In this document: positions 55,051 through 57,414 of the stretch, in pieces
Layout: every line of letters starts with the position of its first letter
How positions within the stretch are numbered: the stretch's first letter is position 1
From: a virus
Taxonomy: Duplodnaviria; Caudoviricetes
IMG/VR virus record: IMGVR_UViG_3300037041_002697
Span: 1 to 57,414 of that record
Reading direction: 5' to 3' (one strand)
DNA: 57,414 nucleotides
The notes under the pieces: generated by a model
What the model saw: only the letters and a program-made list of their open reading frames with translations
Databases searched by the model: none
Told to the model about the DNA's origin: nothing
Position numbers and translations under genes: made by a program

Positions 55051-57350
55051 TTTTTGGCGGAACTAATTTTGGCAACTACGTGGATGATTTGAATGTCAAT
55101 CCTATAATCGTAATAAAAATTTCATCGTTTTATTTTTGTACCGGTACCTTTTCAGGTATCACTTCCAGCTATAAAAAATGGCTTTCCGAAGTGAAATATC
55201 AGGGTACAAAAATAAAACTTTCGGATTTAACCAGTGATTTGCCAACCCTGGATTTTACGGTAATTGATTACGATAATGACATTTCGGACACCATTGGCGC
55301 GTATAACTTTTTGAATGCTACGGTTTACCTTTATTATGGTTTTCAGGAAACTCCGATTACGGATTTTATTCAACTCGGAAAGTTCACTTGTACCAATGTC
55401 GAATTTATTGCTGACTCAAAATCATATTCCATTACTTGCCAATGGTGGGGGACGGCTTTACGCACTCCGTTATTTCGTAAGTTTACCAATAGCACCTTAA
55501 CTGCAGCTATTACTGCCAGCGAAACTGAATTAATATCTGATGGTGATCTTTCAGACGGTACCGACTGGGTGGTTACTGATGATTTCGCCTATAACTTAGG
55601 CAATCAACAGATTGAATTTGATTATGATATTGGTTATGGTTCAATTACGCAGGACAGCACTGATTTTGGTGAATTACCGGTGGCTAGTATGCGCTATGTC
55701 CTTTCATATACTTTAGCTTCACTTAGTGGTGGGACATTACCCGAAGAGGGATATGTATCAGGTTTAACAACAACTTTCTTTAGTTTACCCTGTACTACTG
55801 GCACGCATGAAGTTATCATCCAAATCCGCTCGGATTATGCCTTTCATGATTTAGTTTTAGAATTTTATTCTGATGATTCAAACGCCCATTTTTCAATTGA
55901 TGATATTTCGCTGAAATATACGGCGGTTGAAGTAACTGATGCCAGTAATTTTACCACGCCTGAATCGGCTCCCTGGGGAAGTGAAAACGATGTATATGCC
56001 AAAATTAATGATGAGGTTTTTCATTTATTATCGGTTTCAACTAACAAATTCTATACCTGGCGGGCGCGGCTGGATACCGTAATTCAGGAGCATGCCATTA
56101 ATGACTTTATACGAGAAATTTTTGTAATTGCGTATGATCCGTATAAATTTATAATGCAACTCTTACAAACAAATTACGGTGGAACTTACGACTGTAATGT
56201 TGACTCCTGGGGATTAGATGCTGGTTATCTAATTGATGAAATCGCCTGTAAAAACGATTTCCAGCGGTGGTATCACCCTGAAGTAGTGACTTCAATGTTT
56301 CATTGGTATTTAGAAGAATCACCAACCGATGCAATTCGGTATCTATTTGATGAAGTATTGCCATTAATACCGGCCTTTATTTTTGTTAATAGTGACGGCT
56401 TGCTAACATTACATGCCCTGGATATGCGGGTTCCGAATGAAGGCGACTTTGACATTGATGAAAATAATTCTAATAATCAACGCTTGAATATTGACATGAC
56501 AGGCAGTTTTTCAAATATCGAATTTTTCTCGAATTTTAATCCTGGTACAAATGATTTTATTGAAAAAGAAAATGCCAATGAACCAAACATTACCCTAAAC
56601 ATTGGGGATATAAACAAACGCACTATTAAAGTTCATGATATTAATCAGATAGCGGATGATTTGAAAAAAATGATTGCCAAAAGATTTTTCGGCATAAATG
56701 GTTATCCCATTTGTTATTGGTCTGGTGAAGTCTTCCTCTCCTCGATTGTAGTGGAAACCGGAGATGTCGTTAATATTTCAAACGCCTATTTGCCCCTTTT
56801 CCCATCGAAAACAATGGGCTGGACTAAGCGTGGAGGAATGGTGATCGGTCATTCGCTCGAATTTAATCAAAACGGATTCAAGCGGACTATCGAAGCAGCC
56901 GTATTAAACATGTTCGCGACCAGTCAAACCAGCAATGTTTTTGTATACGCTGATATAGCAGATACCACCCTAACGGTCGGAACCACCGCAACGGATGCCA
57001 CTGGCTTAGTTGATAGCCACCGTGATTACGGAATTTTTACTATTGAGGCGGATTTACCAACAGGTGCCAGTGCTGAGGAAAGCGTAAATATGACCTTTAC
57101 AATGACGGATGTTTTGGGTGGAATTACTGTTTATCGAAATTGTGATCTCTATTATGATGCCCGAAAATCAGGTAGAAAGCGCTGGGAAGTGCGTGTTGAA
57201 ACGGATGAAGCTTTATTTACGCCTTCAAATATTACAGTTACCTGGGTTTCCGAAACAGGTGCAGCGGGGGAAAAATTAACGTACGTAGAATTAATTAAAT
57301 ACAAATTAGTGGCTTATTCACTGGATAACGTAGTTTTGGCGGACTTGTAA
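55047..57350 (+). CDS. Distal tail/baseplate hub protein with CBM-like insertion
   Basis: Follows the tape measure; KINDEVF...R.RLDT...H; ETGDVVNI. Confidence 0.7.
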   Translation: MIFGGTNFGNYVDDLNVNPIIVIKISSFYFCTGTFSGITSSYKKWLSEVKYQGTKIKLSDLTSDLPTLDFTVIDYDNDISDTIGAYNFLNATVYLYYGFQETPITDFIQLGKFTCTNVEFIADSKSYSITCQWWGTALRTPLFRKFTNSTLTAAITASETELISDGDLSDGTDWVVTDDFAYNLGNQQIEFDYDIGYGSITQDSTDFGELPVASMRYVLSYTLASLSGGTLPEEGYVSGLTTTFFSLPCTTGTHEVIIQIRSDYAFHDLVLEFYSDDSNAHFSIDDISLKYTAVEVTDASNFTTPESAPWGSENDVYAKINDEVFHLLSVSTNKFYTWRARLDTVIQEHAINDFIREIFVIAYDPYKFIMQLLQTNYGGTYDCNVDSWGLDAGYLIDEIACKNDFQRWYHPEVVTSMFHWYLEESPTDAIRYLFDEVLPLIPAFIFVNSDGLLTLHALDMRVPNEGDFDIDENNSNNQRLNIDMTGSFSNIEFFSNFNPGTNDFIEKENANEPNITLNIGDINKRTIKVHDINQIADDLKKMIAKRFFGINGYPICYWSGEVFLSSIVVETGDVVNISNAYLPLFPSKTMGWTKRGGMVIGHSLEFNQNGFKRTIEAAVLNMFATSQTSNVFVYADIADTTLTVGTTATDATGLVDSHRDYGIFTIEADLPTGASAEESVNMTFTMTDVLGGITVYRNCDLYYDARKSGRKRWEVRVETDEALFTPSNITVTWVSETGAAGEKLTYVELIKYKLVAYSLDNVVLADL

Positions 57351-57414
57351 AATGATTACCGACAAAGGCAGAATAAAATATACCGTCTCAGGTATTGAGT
57401 ATACCATCGATTTT
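57270..57414 (+). repeat. Terminal direct repeat, right copy
   Basis: 142 of 145 positions identical to 1-145. Confidence 0.95.

Noticed and set aside
1-57414. Diversity-generating retroelement, retron, integrase or invertase
   Set aside because: No reverse transcriptase, recombinase motifs or adenine-specific TR/VR pair seen; the end-repeat mismatches are not adenine-specific.
1-57414. Stop-codon reassignment
   Set aside because: Long genes are intact in code 11, and TAA, TAG and TGA all end tightly packed genes.

Overview
The window is an apparently complete, circularly permuted tailed-phage genome of about 57,269 bp; bases 1-145 recur at 57270-57414 with 3 mismatches. It looks siphovirus-like, with a tail tube, a G/GT -1 frameshift chaperone, a 647-aa tape measure and no sheath. 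The Mu-type head module (DUF935 portal fused to a gpF-like domain, Mu I-like protease, cement protein, lambda E-like capsid) is split by about 12.5 kb of small early genes. Replication genes include a UDG-like/PolA fusion, a P-loop helicase-like protein, an HTH initiator with a DnaC-like loader and iterons, ERCC4 and PD-(D/E)XK nucleases, a beta-clamp-like protein and three DNA methyltransferases. I recognised no integrase, repressor or canonical endolysin. Four signals stand out. (1) Six late-operon proteins carry Sec-type signal peptides, and most are enriched in D-[S/T]-hydrophobic motifs, the Bacteroidota O-glycosylation sequon; this suggests virion parts that are exported and glycosylated by the host. 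(2) About ten sigma54-type -24/-12 promoters, several with phased 17-bp TG-N13-CA enhancer-like boxes, precede early and replication genes, while two matching sigma70 promoters precede the morphogenesis operons. (3) A GH39 hydrolase, a dockerin-like protein and a cohesin-like protein sit in the lysis position. (4) Three anticodon-less tRNA-like structures punctuate the early region. All calls come from reading motifs by eye; no database search was run, so novelty is unverified.
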